This document shows positions 49,895 through 63,249 of a stretch of DNA of 64,000 nucleotides, piece by piece (position 1 is the first letter of the stretch; every line of letters begins with the position of its first letter). Source of the stretch: Lophium mytilinum (lineage: Eukaryota); assembly GCA_010093605.1 (NCBI GenBank), contig MU004198.1, positions 746,726 to 810,725 of the forward strand. The letters run 5' to 3'. The position numbers and the translations under genes are program-made. Under the pieces are notes generated by a model that saw only the letters and a list, made by a program, of their open reading frames with translations, ran no database searches and had not been told where the DNA came from.

Positions 49895-51009
49895 GGTGGG
49901 AATGTGGTGAAAGCTGCTTTGTGGGGTCGACGGTGGAGCGGCGCGAGATGGGGATTGGGGTTTCGAGGGCGAGAGGACGGGATTGTGGGTTGTAGGCGGG
50001 GGTGGTGGAGGGACGGGACTGATGGAGCTCTCGGCCAAGCTCTGTATAATTTGCAGCTTTGACGTCGGCGAAATCGCAGGTTTACCTACCTAGCCACTTT
50101 GTGGATTCAGCCACCGGGGAGCCGTGCGAGCATCCAGTCACCTCGACTCCATCCGTATCCGTACACTGCTGCCCCGGCGACATCAAGCTGACCTGCTCTG
50201 CTCGCCGCAGCCCTTACCAATCTGCTTACCGTTGGACATACTTGACGGCTATTGCAAGCGCTGGCCTCGTGCTCTTGTTACAGCCTCATCCCCCGGCGCC
50301 AAGCATCTTCTTTATTATTAGACGCGGTGGACAAGCGTTGGCTGCTTTTTCGAGCGCAACCAGGCCAGGCAATCAGTCTGTCAGAAGAGAGCGACACCGC
50401 AGTCGCCTCCCGCTGCGATCATCCCATCAGGCTGGGGACGGGTGCTGCTCTCTGCCTTGGAATCTTGGAACAGCGTGTGCCCATCAGACATTGGCGCGCT
50501 AAGCTGCTGTCAGGCTCTCTGCTCTCTCTGCTCTCTCTCTCCGCCCCATTATTCCACTCTGCTCCTCCGCACTCGACCCTGCATGGTGCTGTCTTCACCG
50601 GCTCCTCCACCACGAGCTTCCTTCACTGCCGCCCGCCAGCGCCCATTCCGCGCTGCAAGAGTCGCATTCACTCCACCGCGTCGCCGCTGAGCTCCCGCTT
50701 CCGCTTCGAGACGTCGAGCCCCCAAACACTCCCACCTCCCGCCTCACCAACCCGCCGACTCCTGTGCCCTCACGCTCGACCACGTCCGCTGCTCTCACCG
50801 CACCTCGTCGCCGGCACCCTACCCGTGGCGCCTGCCGCCCGCTGACTTGGGCCTCGCCGCCCGCCGAGCTTTGCATCTCGCTGCCGCCTGGCTATTTTGG
50901 GATACCCAGCTGCCGACAGCTCCCTCTCGCCGGCCCGCCTGTCAGAGCCATTGCGCGAAGGCCTCCTCGATATATTTACTGACGAGGAGCCTGCCCGTCA
51001 TCCGCCGCC

Positions 51010-54000
51010 ATGGCGAACCACGGCGCTGCGCCCATGTCGACACCGCGCGCAAGGAACGGCGAACCCCAGCCTGCTCCGCCCCAGACTGCCTCTGCCTCGA
51101 CTGCAGCCGAGCCCGCCTCGACGAAACGCGACCTGACAAGCTGGTGGAAGCAGTTCAAGCGCGGTAATCCCCGCAAGGAAGAGGAGAAAGGTAAGAATAT
51201 CTTATTTGGGTTGCGTGAGGTTGCTTAGTGCGTTGGTGGGGGGCTGGCGTTGTTGATCCATCTGATAACGGGCGAGCGTTTTGCTTTTTTTGGCGGATGA
51301 ATTTGCATTCACACATTGCTGGGTTGATATGCTAACAGTTTGTAGAACCCATCCCTCAAGGCATTTTTGGGGTTCCCCTCGATAGGAGTATAACATATGC
51401 CAATGTTGCTATATCGCTTTTCAATGAGGGAGGCGAGAGCTATATATACGGCTATGTACCCATTGTTGTCGCGAAGTGTGGTGTCTTCTTGAAGGAGAAA
51501 GGTTAGTGGAAATGTATGCAAGCTGTCTCGAAGTAAGCACTAACGTGTGCGTTCATCAGCAACCGACATCGAGGGCATATTTCGCCTTGCCGGGTCAGAG
51601 AAACGGATAAAAGAGCTGAAGGCTCAATTTGACACGCCTGATCGGTATGGCAAAGGACTGGACTGGACGGGGTATACGGTCCACGATGCCGCCAATATTC
51701 TCCGGAGATACTTCAACCAGCTCCCGGAACCTATAATACCCTTGGACTTTTACGAGCGCTTCCGACAGCCTCTCCGGAACCACCAGGCTGAAGCAGTGGG
51801 AGCCATGGATGGCCAGGCACCTTCAACCGGAGGCTTTGATGTTACTGGCGCTATCCGGATATATCAACTTCTCATCAAAGATCTACCTCCACTAAACCGG
51901 CAATTATTGCTTTACATCCTCGATCTTCTCGCAGTCTTCGCAGCCAAAGCCGACGTCAACAAGATGACGACCTCCAATCTTGCAGCTATCTTCCAGCCCG
52001 GAATTTTGTCCCATCCATCACACGATATGTCTCCTAATGAATATCGTCTAAGTCAGGATGTTTTGATATTTCTGATCGAAAACCAAGACCACTTCTTGAT
52101 CGGCATGGAAGGGACCGCGGTGGATGAGGGGACCGTCAAGCACATTGAGAGCGGTGCTTCGACCCCACAAGCTCGCACTCCAACGACACCCGCGCGGGTC
52201 AAGTCTACTGGCCTCGGGAGATCAGCATCTACAGCAAGTGCTGTCAGTGCAAGTGCCGGTGCCGACAATGTCAAAAGGTATGGCGGCGTTAGGAGGAACA
52301 TGTCTGTCTCGTCAAGGGGTTCACGGCATTCAGGTGTCGCCCCGAGTCCGGTGACGCCCTCGTTTGCAACACCAACGTCAGCATCTGGTGTTCACAGAAG
52401 TAACACTGTTCCATCGAATCGGTCGCCTGCCCTTACTCCGGCTCGGTTCTCCCGCGAGAAGCACTCTGACCCAGCAACGCCGACTGAATCTTCAGGCATC
52501 ACTTCAGTACCTGAGAAAGCTGTTGTTGCAGCGCCGGCTCCCCAGGTTCAGCAAGCCCCAGAACCTGCGCCTGTACCTGCGCCGGCACCTGCTCCGGCAT
52601 CTGTTCAACAGGCTCCGACACACGCTCAGGAAGCTCCGACACACGCTCAGCAAGCTCCGACGCACATTCAGCAAGCTCCGACGCACATTCATCAAGCTCC
52701 GACGCACATTCATCAAGCTCCGACACACGTTCAACAAGCTCCCGTGCCTGCACCAGCGCCAATTCAACCATCGACGACTCTTCCACATAGTGAATCACGG
52801 CCATCGGCAATTGTCTCTCCTCCCTCAAGTGAAGATGTAACCCCGACACCCCCTGCGGTCAGCGAGGCCAGGTCGATGTTGATGTTAGCTCCTGAGACAC
52901 AAGCTCCACGACACATTAGCCACTCGCCAGCCAGGGAAAGGTCAGAATTTGTGGAAGGCCCTTTAGACAGTCCGAAGACGCCAACGTTCGAGTCGATGCC
53001 GGGAACCGCGCGAACGTTTACTCAAATTCTCAAGAATCGACCGTCTCCTCAGTCTGCCGAGGAGAGGAAGGCCGAGGACAGGAAATTCGAGGAGAGGAAG
53101 GTCGAGGAGAAGAAGAGACCCAATAAGCTCCAGAAAAAGGGCCGCGTTCCAAGCAGTGCGAACCCAAGCGCACATAGCTCAACGCACTCTTTGTCTGGTC
53201 ACACTATGACAATGGACCAGCCGCCGTCGCCCTTGCCTCCCGGGATGTCTTCGAGTTACCACTCTGCATACTCTGGAGATCCATTCTATACGTCTCACCA
53301 AGAACCCAACCCGTCAAGGACATCAGGATCAACGCTGAAGCCCACCGCCTCACCTTCTCCATCTTTCAACTCGCACTCAACCGCAGCGGAATATTCCGAG
53401 GGTGATGACACCGGAGCTCTGAACAGCGAGAAAAGGGAGAAGAAGCGATGGCACATGCATAAGCGCGACGAAAGCAAGTCAACGGTCACGCCCACAGCCA
53501 GCCAGACTACTTTTGGGTCGGTAGTCGGGGCGGAGAAGAGCATGAGCTCGTTCAACAGCTCTAACCAAGGGCGACGCAGCCTGCAAATGGACAACAACCA
53601 GTACGGCCAATCACCACCTGAGCCATCAACCCTACCGGCCAGCTCCTCAACAGAACCAATTGGCTCTTCCAGAGACGGCGAGAAGAAGGGTCTCTTCAAC
53701 CGGTTCCGCGAGAAGATGCATGAGCGCAAGGAGGAGAAGCAGCGGTTGAAGAGTCCGCCTGGTAGCACAGTTGACTTGCCTGCGTCAGGGCAGACTCTAG
53801 GAAGGCCAATGGATCCGATGCCGGTAAGGGGGAAGAGCATGGACGTGCCAAGGGACAGCAAGCAGGAAAGGCAGGTTGAGTCTCAGCCTCAGGCTGCTCC
53901 TCCGGCTGCTCCTCCGGTTGTTGAGCAAAGACATGGCCCTGCACCAGCTCCCCCTGCCCAAGCCCAACCCTCACCTTCGGCTGCACAGCATCAACCCGTT

Positions 54001-54051
54001 CCTGGTGTACCATTTGAGCAGGGTGCGACGAGTGCTAATGCACAGACATAG
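51010..54051 (+). CDS. SAC7: Rho GTPase-activating protein (Sac7/Bag7-like)
   Basis: Exons DLTSWWKQFK / GIFGVPL..YGYVPIVVAKCGVFLKEK / ATDIEGIFRLAG..HDAANILRRYFNQLPEP..NKMTTSNLAAIFQPGIL. Introns at about 51191-51345 and 51502-51559. Confidence 0.9.
52606..52742 (+). repeat. Coding 21-bp minisatellite (QQAPTHI-type heptapeptide, about 6.5 copies)
   Basis: Units such as CAGCAAGCTCCGACGCACATT repeat in tandem within the RhoGAP ORF. Confidence 0.9.
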
Positions 54052-55716
54052 TATTCGTCTCGAGAGCCTGATGATGAGGGATGCGCTGATGACGGGTTCG
54101 GTCGAGTCGCTGCAGTGGTCTGAGCGTTGGTTGTAGGCTGTGTTTCGAATCAGAGACGTAATGAGTTTTTGGATGAATAAAGGAGTGGGGCGGTTTGAGT
54201 GTTGGTTGCAGGAACAATTGGAGAACGAACGCGACGAATGAGGTGGAAGAAATGTTTGGGTTTCGGCACGGGACGACGGCTTTGGATCACTGTTCACAGC
54301 GAGCGAGACAGGCTGAGAAAGATAGCACATGTTTCATTGGAGCGTCACAATTAGTATTTGTAGCTTATTCCCTAAGGGTAGTCTAGTGGGCTCGGTCTGG
54401 TCTGAAAACCCTTTTTCCCGACTGCTAGCCGTTAGGTTCCGTGAAGCTAAGGTCTCTCGATCGCTTTCAATAGTGTTGTTGATCGATACTCGGTCTATGT
54501 TAAGGGGTTTATCTTTGCTGTCTTGCCATATTGGTGAAGAATATTGAGGCCGCGTAGTCACTATACTCTGCTGCGCCCCAATCCACCTCCCGAGTCGTGA
54601 AGGTTATTTTTTCAGTCCGTGGTGTCGGTGGCAACGGCAAATGGTGAATGGACCGCCAAGCGGCTCTCGAGTGGCCCATGATCTATTCTTAGCATGCGAT
54701 CAGCGCACAAGTCCCCAGATGCTTGTGCATGCCTGCATAAGCCTGTTTTGCGATCTGGCGGCTTTGCGATTGGTCGAAATTTGGGGAAATGCTGGGATGG
54801 CATGCAGAGAGCAAGACAGCCTCGGTTTCTCTTCGAAGCTGTTATGCCTCGCAGGCCTATAACACAAGGAAGAGATGCGGACATGGTGGAAGTTGAGCGA
54901 GTCGTCGGTGGGGAAAATCATGACAGCGCCAGCCGCAAGGAGACGAGGGAGACGTCATGCTGGGACGGTTGGCTACCGCGGGTCGTTTGGTGGGCCGGGT
55001 GGAGCAGCTCGTGTCTGTGGGAATGCAAAAAGCAGCCGGCGCTGTGGTTGAGGTTTCAGGTGGACAAGTTTCGGCTGCGCAGGACACGAGCACACGAGAG
55101 CAGCACCGTCTCCACCACCATGTCGTGGCAACGGCAGCATCGGCAGGCCACTCGGAATGGCTAGGGTGATGACTGATGCTTGCAACGTCCTGGAGCGTGA
55201 CGGCGCGACCTCCGGCGGGTGAGATCCGGCTGGTGATGCGGGACGGTCAACCACTTGCCCTATCCTATCTACATCCTGTCTGCCCCCTCTTTCCGTGCAA
55301 CTTCTTTCGCTCTGCTGTATTTCTCTGTCCCAGGACGCCGCTCGCTTTGCATTCTACACTCGCTTTCTGCAGCCTTGTCACCCGCATCGCCGTCTCAGAT
55401 CACGCACCTCCAAGCCAATCGCTATCGCTGCCTCGTGCACTGTCCGCTACTACCCTAGCCTTCACCTCAGCCAACCGTGACGACTCCCAGCCACCGCAAT
55501 TGCAGAAGGCTTTTTGCTCCGTAAGCCCTTCTTCAACTACTACTCGTGGCTTCTTCACACAAAGAAATCTCGACTAGCCTGACACTATGCTAATGATTAC
55601 ATGACCCTGTAGATCCCACTTCCGACTATTATTTTTATTCCCCTGCAGCATCACCTCATACCGACCACTCCCACCCGCAGCCTCCCGCCGTCTCTTGTGC
55701 CACCAAAAACCTCAAG

Positions 55717-56655
55717 ATGCTCTCCCTTCGCAAATCCCTCCTCCTCGCCCTGCCCTTCGTGGCATTAGTGCTCGCCCAGGCCAGCCCCGAACCCATCCCC
55801 GAGCCCAGCGAAACAAAAGACGTCAATGTCGACCAGAACAAGGTCTTCCAGGAGCTTCTCAACGCCCTCCCCGAAGAGTCTCTACACGCTGCCCTGCACA
55901 ACCACCACCCCAAGTTCAAGGACGGCGTATGGGAACATGACAGGACCGCCGTTGAGCGAGTCCATCGCGAGAACCCATCCCTAGCAACGCGCCTCATATC
56001 CGCCGCAAAGGTAGACCTTATGAGACGCCAGGCTGGGAACGCGACTGCACCGCCCGCCTCCTCCACCCCAGCTCCCGCGGCACCGACCTCCACTGCTCCC
56101 CCGGCCGTCGTCATTCCCGTCTCAATCACGACCACTGATGCAGCCGGCAAGACTATCGTCGAGAGCTCCTCCGTCCTCTCCGCTCCCACCGTCAGCGTCG
56201 CCGTAGCTGTGACGACCACCAACGCCGCCGGTGAGACCATCGTGAAGACCACTCCCGCCCCTGGCGTCGTCTTGACAAAGACCGACGCCGCTGGCTCCAA
56301 GTTCGTCACCACTTCCGCCGTCGGCTTTGCACATACCCCCGGCCAGGTCCTCACCGAGACCAACTCCAGGGGCAGCACCTTCGTGACTACTTACACTCCC
56401 GCCGGCGGGCTGGTCAGCTCCATCGTGCTGATCACCACGACGGGGAAGAACGGCCAACCGGTCACGCTGACAAGCTACGCCTTCGTCGGCGCTGGAGCTA
56501 CAAGCACAAAGACCGTTGGCGCAGGCGAGCAGACTGGAACAAACACCGGAAAACCCGGCCTACAAACCGGCGCCGCCGGCGTCCTGTCCCGGCAATGGGG
56601 CGTCGAAGCCGCCGCGGTAATCGGTGGTGCGGTCGGCATGGCATGGATGATATAA
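55717..56655 (+). CDS. Putative GPI-anchored Ser/Thr-rich cell-wall protein
   Basis: Signal peptide, RR dibasic site, TTT.AAG repeats and a C-terminal LQTGAA + hydrophobic tail. Confidence 0.85.
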   Translation: MLSLRKSLLLALPFVALVLAQASPEPIPEPSETKDVNVDQNKVFQELLNALPEESLHAALHNHHPKFKDGVWEHDRTAVERVHRENPSLATRLISAAKVDLMRRQAGNATAPPASSTPAPAAPTSTAPPAVVIPVSITTTDAAGKTIVESSSVLSAPTVSVAVAVTTTNAAGETIVKTTPAPGVVLTKTDAAGSKFVTTSAVGFAHTPGQVLTETNSRGSTFVTTYTPAGGLVSSIVLITTTGKNGQPVTLTSYAFVGAGATSTKTVGAGEQTGTNTGKPGLQTGAAGVLSRQWGVEAAAVIGGAVGMAWMI

Positions 56656-57190
56656 CCTCCCTATATCGCCTAAACCACTACCCACTATCCGCGAAAACCG
56701 AGCCTACGGGCAAATACAGCACACACGCGACACGGCCGCCTTACGAAGAAAACGAATTTCCTTGCACTCTCCTTTTAGACGCTATACCCATTCGCTCCTT
56801 AATGTCTTTTGTGACATGCCACTATCCTTACGGCTGTTTGTATTCGATTCGGAACTGTATATTTTGAAAGTATTTCTTGTGCTTGTGCATTAGCGGGTTT
56901 GATTAGCGAGGGCATATCGGACGGCATTCCCATGCAGTGTGCGTATCAAAAGTTTGAGCAAAGAGTGGAGAGAGTGTAAGAGGGGTAGCGTGGTGTCCTT
57001 GATGCCGCGAAGGAATGGTAGAATCCGATCGTGGGGAGAGATAGTGCTGAGAGATTGAGAACGGGTAATTTTGTACAGAGTGTAGCGATTCGAAGAGGCA
57101 AGCATTGCATTGCGGCATGGTTCGGGTGTGGTACAAAGCAACAGAAATAGTAATCATAGGGGAGAAAATTGAAACTTCGTTGGAGTGCTT

Positions 57191-57651
57191 TCATTCGCAG
57201 TAGTAAGACTCAGATCTCCTGACGTCTTGTGTACAAGTTTCCCGTAACCACTCTGATATCGCCTGTACTGCGTCAAGGTCCAGAGAAGCCAGCCATAAGT
57301 TCGATGCGTCGCATCTCCAGAACCTGAACCGTAGTCGCGTATGTTCCCAAAACCGCGACCATTTCTTCCGCGGTAGTGGTGATGTGGTCAAGCTCTCCGA
57401 CATTCAAGTTGGTTAGATGCAGCGTGGCCCCAACGATATCCAGGTAACGTTTCATCGCAAGATCGGGCGCATGTGATGGGTTTGGAGAGTAGGCCTCTCC
57501 AGCTCCTTCACGTTTTCCGAGAACGCGGAGAGAGGCCACGACGACTGGAGTTTGAGTTGGTAACCCAGTCGGCGCTTTCGAAATGCAGCTGGGGATCTCC
57601 GTTGATGTTGACGCGGTATAGGCGATATCAGAGTCGTTATAGGGAACCTGT
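57191..57651. pseudogene. Degenerate gene relic with an inverted internal duplication
   Basis: The minus strand reads DAVQAISEWLRETC and the plus strand reads DAV*AISESL*GTC. The inverted repeat is 37/44 nt identical (57233-57276 vs 57608-57651). Confidence 0.55.
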
Positions 57652-58707
57652 CTCCTGTTCGCGCTATCAAGGTTACCTGACGAGGCAACGGCCCGCGCAA
57701 TATAGGCAATTAGGAATTAGGTAAAGGGTGTTTATGGGTACTGCGAAAGAGGTGTGTTCTATAGAATGGGGTATGTGTTTATAGATTCTCTGAAACTCGT
57801 TCTACATCTAAAATAATCAGATGGGTTCCCTTGCAAGGGTATATGTTTTTAAATATTCTGGCTGTGTTGAATGAGATTATCTAAACGACTCCCCTTGCTG
57901 GGTGGCAATAACATGCACTTGTGCACAGCTAGCTCTTCTTTAGTATCTCCTGTTACGGTAATATATGTCCAACAGGTGCTGTATATAGTCTTGTAGGCTG
58001 GGAATAGATCTATTAGTAAGTGAGGCATGTTCCCTAGAAACTATTTAGTACGGTAGAAGTTATCTGGATTAATCTTGATAACAACAACGCGTAGACTACA
58101 AGAGATCAGGTTAAGATTTGACCGTGCTAATCTTATGCCGAGGCCCTCCCAAACTAAAGGCTTCGGAGATATATAGTGTACGCCTTCGCGCGGGCCAAAT
58201 CAGCCGCAGGTATTAAGTTACGAACGGGTTTGAAGGTCTGAACTGTTCTCATTGCGAACGACTTTTCACTCTACTGTTTAGACGGCCATCCGGTCCACAT
58301 GTTATGTCTTCGAGTACGACGGTCCTGCGACATCTTTTGCTCGTTGATGTATGAATATAAAGCGCGACGGATTCCTCTCGCTCTCCCAGAGCACCCCTAA
58401 GGCTCCACCAATGTCATCGTAATACTTCTCCCGCTCAATTTTTCCAGATATCACGCCTCCTCCCTGTAGACCACAGCGCGAGAAACCTCAGTCGCCCTCG
58501 CCAGATAGTTCCTACTGATACGCTGCACACTCGCACCGCCGGCGAGGCGCTGAAAGCCGCAGCGGCTGGAGGTACTCAGAGAAGCCAGACGAGATTGAGG
58601 TGGGAGGGGGGAGGGGGGCACAAGCTTAAAGACTACTGACCTCAAAACTTCACGCAGCAACAAACAGTTTGCACAACCCGATTTTTGCGCATCGTCGCTC
58701 TAAGAGT

Positions 58708-60587
58708 CTACAACCTCACCCTCCCCCCCTTCCGCTCCATCCTGACCCACCACCCAAACGCCCCCGCCGCCGTCCCTACCGCCACCGCGCTCCACCCCGC
58801 CAGCCACCCAAACTGCGCCGGCGCGCTCCAGATCGCCGTGCCGATGTTGTGGCTCAGCCCGAACACGCTGACGAACGCGATCTCTGTCCCCGCGAAGCTG
58901 GAGCGTTGGTGCGCGGGCACGCGGGCTTGTGCGAGTTGCTGGGTTGAGAGCTGGAGGAGGCCGCGGCCGAGGCGGGAAGCGGAGAGGAGGAGGAGGAGGA
59001 AGAGGGAGAGGGGGAGGTGGGATGTTAGAGAGGGGGAGTCGGAGGAGGGGGGGATGGGGTAGGTGAGGGTGTGGATTAGGTAGGCGAAGAGGGGGACGGT
59101 GGGGGTCTAGGGTTGGATTGTTAGCAATGAACTGTTTTGCTGAGAAGGTGTAGGGAAGGTGGAGTAGTACCAAAGTCAGTGCCATCGAGAGGATGCCCCA
59201 GAGACCCAGCCGCGTTATGCCAGTGTTGATATCCGGCCCCGTGTTGTGGTGATTGAGAGGATCGTCGGGGTCGCCGTCCGACTCTACGTCTTCTTCATCG
59301 TCGGAGGATGTGGATGAGTCGTCTTTGGCAGAGACGGTTAGCAGCACATGCGACGCTGGCGACGCCATAGGTGAAAGTTTCCGGACGGCATAGGGCCCTA
59401 CAAATGTACTGCCGACTTCGAAAATAGCACTAGCTGTTTCGGCTACGGTCACTACCTTCATGGAGTAGCCAGAATTGAGAAGGAACACGATGAGGCTGCC
59501 GCTCACGGATAGCACGGAAGCATGCGTCGTGCACATCGCTATCGTTGGTATCCAGACTTCCGTGGAGAAGAAGAGGCGCAGGCTAGGGATATACCCGTGC
59601 CACCAAGCTTGCACGCTTTCAATCCATACAGCTAGGAATGTATTTCTGCCTTGGGAAGGATATGCGTGGCTGAGGAGGTCGCCGTTGGAATCAAATTCCA
59701 AGATCGCGGGCAGTTTCGGTTCTCTAAGGGTATGGCACTGGCTCCAAAGCCACCGTGCTGTCCAAAACTCTAGCCACAGGCTGAGTATATTCGTAGATGC
59801 GATTCCTACCACTCCGTATCGGATCGATGGGACGATGGAGAGAAATCCTGAGACGGCGATGGGAGCGAGCACCTTGCAGATCATGTCGATGCGGGCCATG
59901 GTAGCGTTAACCTGCGTGAGAGTGAAGTGGATGGCGCCTGTCTCCGGGGCGAGCACAGGCACCCAGTCGCGCTCCATCGAGATCACGTTTGCCTTTCGGG
60001 AGAGGGTTTCTATGACGCCGAGGCCTAGGCCAAAGGCGAAGACGATATGCTTCGGTGCTCCTCTCAATTCAAAAGAGGAGTCTTGGTCTAAGGGAGAACT
60101 TCGCCCGTGTAGTTTCGTGCTGGGTCCCCCGACGATCAAGAACCAGGCAAAGCAGGAGACGATAATGGTAGACCTGTTGATGATAATGGTTGCTAGGAGA
60201 GTTCTGAGACGTGAAGGGGCGTGGTCGATCCATTTTCCAACGGCAGAGGCGAAAAGAATGGCAGCGAGGCTTATAGTAATGCCACTAGTTCCAACATTAG
60301 ATATTCCCAAAACGGGTTCTCGATTTCTTGAAGTGATGATCCAGAGCTTACACGAAGGATGTAGCCCTAAGGCCGCCCGGATATGCAGCAGCTGTGAAAA
60401 GAATCTGTTTGAAGATTGTTAGACAGGCTTCTTGACGTGGGAATAGGTGCGAACAAACAGCAGCGAATTCATAAGACCTCGCATTCCACGCTGATAGTAA
60501 ATGACAGAGGTACAGAATGTAGCCTTGTTTCCGACTCAGCTCAGGGGTGCCATCGTGTGCGATTTCTGCCGAGGGCCGGTCTGGCAT
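58708..60587 (-). CDS. Ferroportin-like (SLC40/FPN1 family) transporter; 3' end uncertain
   Basis: LYLCHLLSAWNARSYEFAA, AVGKWIDH..RLRT, ANVISMERDWVPVL, NATMARIDMICKVLAP and RSSFAGTEIAF. Multi-exon. Confidence 0.88.
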
Positions 60588-62343
60588 TATACGAGAACGG
60601 CACACTTTGGACCGCTACGAAAGGAGAAGACTGAAACGTAACGATTGAAAAAGGGAAGAGAAGACATCATGGGCTTTAGTGCATATCGAAAGGTCCTGGC
60701 TCTTCATAGTGACTACTCAGTAAGCCGAAGGCTGAGAACCCTGGGGCGCAGATCTAGTGCCAAGCGCTTATGCTGCTTGGACATTCCGTCGCTCCTATTG
60801 ACGTTCAACGCACGAAGGCGTCTCAGATCCCTACTAGTAACGGAAAGTGTTTCGTGGGTGACGTGTTGCATTGATATCGTGAGAAGCTGAAGGGTTAGCC
60901 TTTCACCTACTGGACTGTGCCTGTGAAGAGCATAATAGCGATGCCATCGTGCATCGATTCCTGCCTCTACGCGGCTTTGTTGTTGTCACCCTGAAGTCGT
61001 TGGGGCCGTGTATAATGAAAAGCTCCGTAACGACTGAGAGACGCCTGTCTTACGCGCTCAAACAACCTTGGGATACAAAGGAACTTCGCGATGCTATTTC
61101 TGGAACTGCGAGAATCGGAGTCGGGATAATTCTTTTGACCTGGTTGAAAGGCCCTTTCAGTCCAGGGGTAGGACTTTCAGGACCTCCTGGCTGAAGCGAG
61201 AAGGTGGAATTGAACGAGCGATGGAAGGATTCTCTCCTCACCACTTTCAAGGCTGTCGGGAGCCCCACGTTTCCGACGCCACGTTTTGTGGCTATGTCTG
61301 TGGCTGTGCGGATCTGGAGATGCGTCCCGGCTCCCGCTGATGGTTGGAAAGTTGGAATGAAGACGAGGCTTGGCTCTGGCTTGGCCTTCATCACTTCTCT
61401 GGGCACAACAAGCCAGCAAGCTTCCAGGTCACACAATCCTGGGAACTCAATAAATACCTTCTTCACCTCTGCTGCTCCTTTCCACCAACAACTTCATCAA
61501 CGTCAAAGCACTCTACCAACCAAAACACCACCACTTAACCAATCACAATTACCATGGGTCTTATGTGGACTAAACACTTTGGTGGCCGACACGCCGGTAA
61601 GCTTCTGGCCCCCCACTTCGTTCTCAATAGCTTCTAACATCGTCATAGGCGGAGGAGTCGTCGTCGACAAGCATGGCGCTCGCCGCGCGCCTTTCAGATT
61701 CTCCCTTGGCAGATTCAGCTGCTTCCGCTAGAGTCTCACATTAGAGAACTCTCAATACTCGGTACGTTATCTCTTTCCTGAGGTTTGTCGCGACGCAGCA
61801 ACGATGCTAACAAGCCTCCTAGATCACACCAACTTCCTACTTCTTGATACCCTTAGCGACTTCCGACGACCACCATAATGACCTACGATCAGCCTCAGTT
61901 CGAACCATACCACTTCCACCGAGACTCGATCGTGCTGGCGATCCAGCGATGTAACAACAGCAGAACCTGCGGGCTGGTGTCTTGTTTAGTACCAACGGAG
62001 AAGGTAGCGGCTGCGGTAGCATACGCAAATTAGTCACAACAATGGAATCCATATTGTAGCATCACAGATTCCCCAGCTCTTCGAGCATACGTGCAAAACG
62101 CGAGGCTATTCGGCTAATCGCAGGATGCGGGTGATGTGCTGCAAGGTCTAGAACTCTCCCCTAGCTACAGCATCTTTTCTCGGACTTGTGACCTCAGATT
62201 ACATCATCTGCCAAGCGACCATCTTTACGTACGAAAAATCTATCACTCGCATAACCCCTCATTGCCCCTCAATTGACTCAGAGCTGTATCTCCAACCTCA
62301 ATTAAACTCTGCATATTCCCGGGATAGCTTCAGAGTTGAAGAA

Positions 62344-63249
62344 ATGGTCGAAATGACGAACAAAACCCACGAACGTCGCTCCATCCTCATCATCAACCCT
62401 AATTCCACTGAGTCAATGACCCGAGGCCTCGAGCCTCTCGTCGATAGCCTCAACTTCAAAGAAGTACATACACCCTTTCACTATTCCCTCTTCCCGCATT
62501 TCTCATTTCCTATATCATCCTTTCTGTTCTCTCCAATCCCAACACCACACCAATTGACAGCTTTCCCTATTCCCCATCCCATCAACACCTCCAAGAAACC
62601 CAACTAACCCCCCCTCCCCCAGACCAACCACACCTTCTTCACCTCCCCCACCGGCCCCACCAGCATAAACGACGAAACCGACGCCGCCGACTCCGCCCGC
62701 CACGCCCTCCCCCACCTGCTCCCGCTCCTCCCCCAGCACTCCGGCTTCCTCGTCGCCTGCTACTCCAAACACCCCCTCGTCCCGCTCCTTAAATCCAAAT
62801 CCCCCGCCACCCCCGTCACCGGCATCTTCGAAGCCTCCGTCGCGACGGCCCTGCAGCTCATCGCGCCCGACGAGCGCTTCGGCATCGTCAGCACCGGAAA
62901 GGTGTGGGAAGGGATCCTGAGCGAGGCGGTGGCAGACCTCCTGGGGGCCGGCGGCAGCGCGCGGTTTGCGGGGGTGGAGACCACGGGGCTGACGGCGACG
63001 GGGTTGCATGATGCGCCGGCGGAGGAGGTAAGGCGGCGGATGAAAGATGCCGTGAAGAGGCTGTTGAGGAAAGACGGGGCCAGGGTGGGCGCGGTGTGTT
63101 TGGGGTGTGCGGGCATGGCGGGCATGGGGGAGATGGTGCGGGAGGCATGTGTGGAGGAGCTTGGGGAGGAGGGGAGGCGGGTGAGGGTTGTGGACGGGGT
63201 GCAGGCGGGGGTTGCGTGGCTGGAGGGGGCAGTGAGGAGTGATTTTTAG
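62344..63249 (+). CDS. DCG1: Asp/Glu/hydantoin racemase family protein (Dcg1-like)
   Basis: ILIINPNSTESMT, intron 62464-62622, GPTSIND, LVACYSKHPL, VTGIFEAS, VCLGCAGM and VVDGVQAG. Confidence 0.9.

Noticed and set aside
50059..51000. Several overlapping GC-rich ORFs
   Set aside because: Low-complexity pyrimidine-rich sequence between divergent TIM9 and RhoGAP, consistent with promoter and 5' UTR.
58270..58663. Extra ferroportin exon or separate gene
   Set aside because: Frames are broken by stops and unrelated to the transporter. At most an unidentifiable relic.
59475..60422. 315-aa plus-strand ORF, and similar antisense ORFs over other genes
   Set aside because: Antisense shadow of the ferroportin-like gene with no independent protein features.
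60949..61731. ORFs between ferroportin and the racemase
   Set aside because: No motifs, splice structure or consistent coding character.
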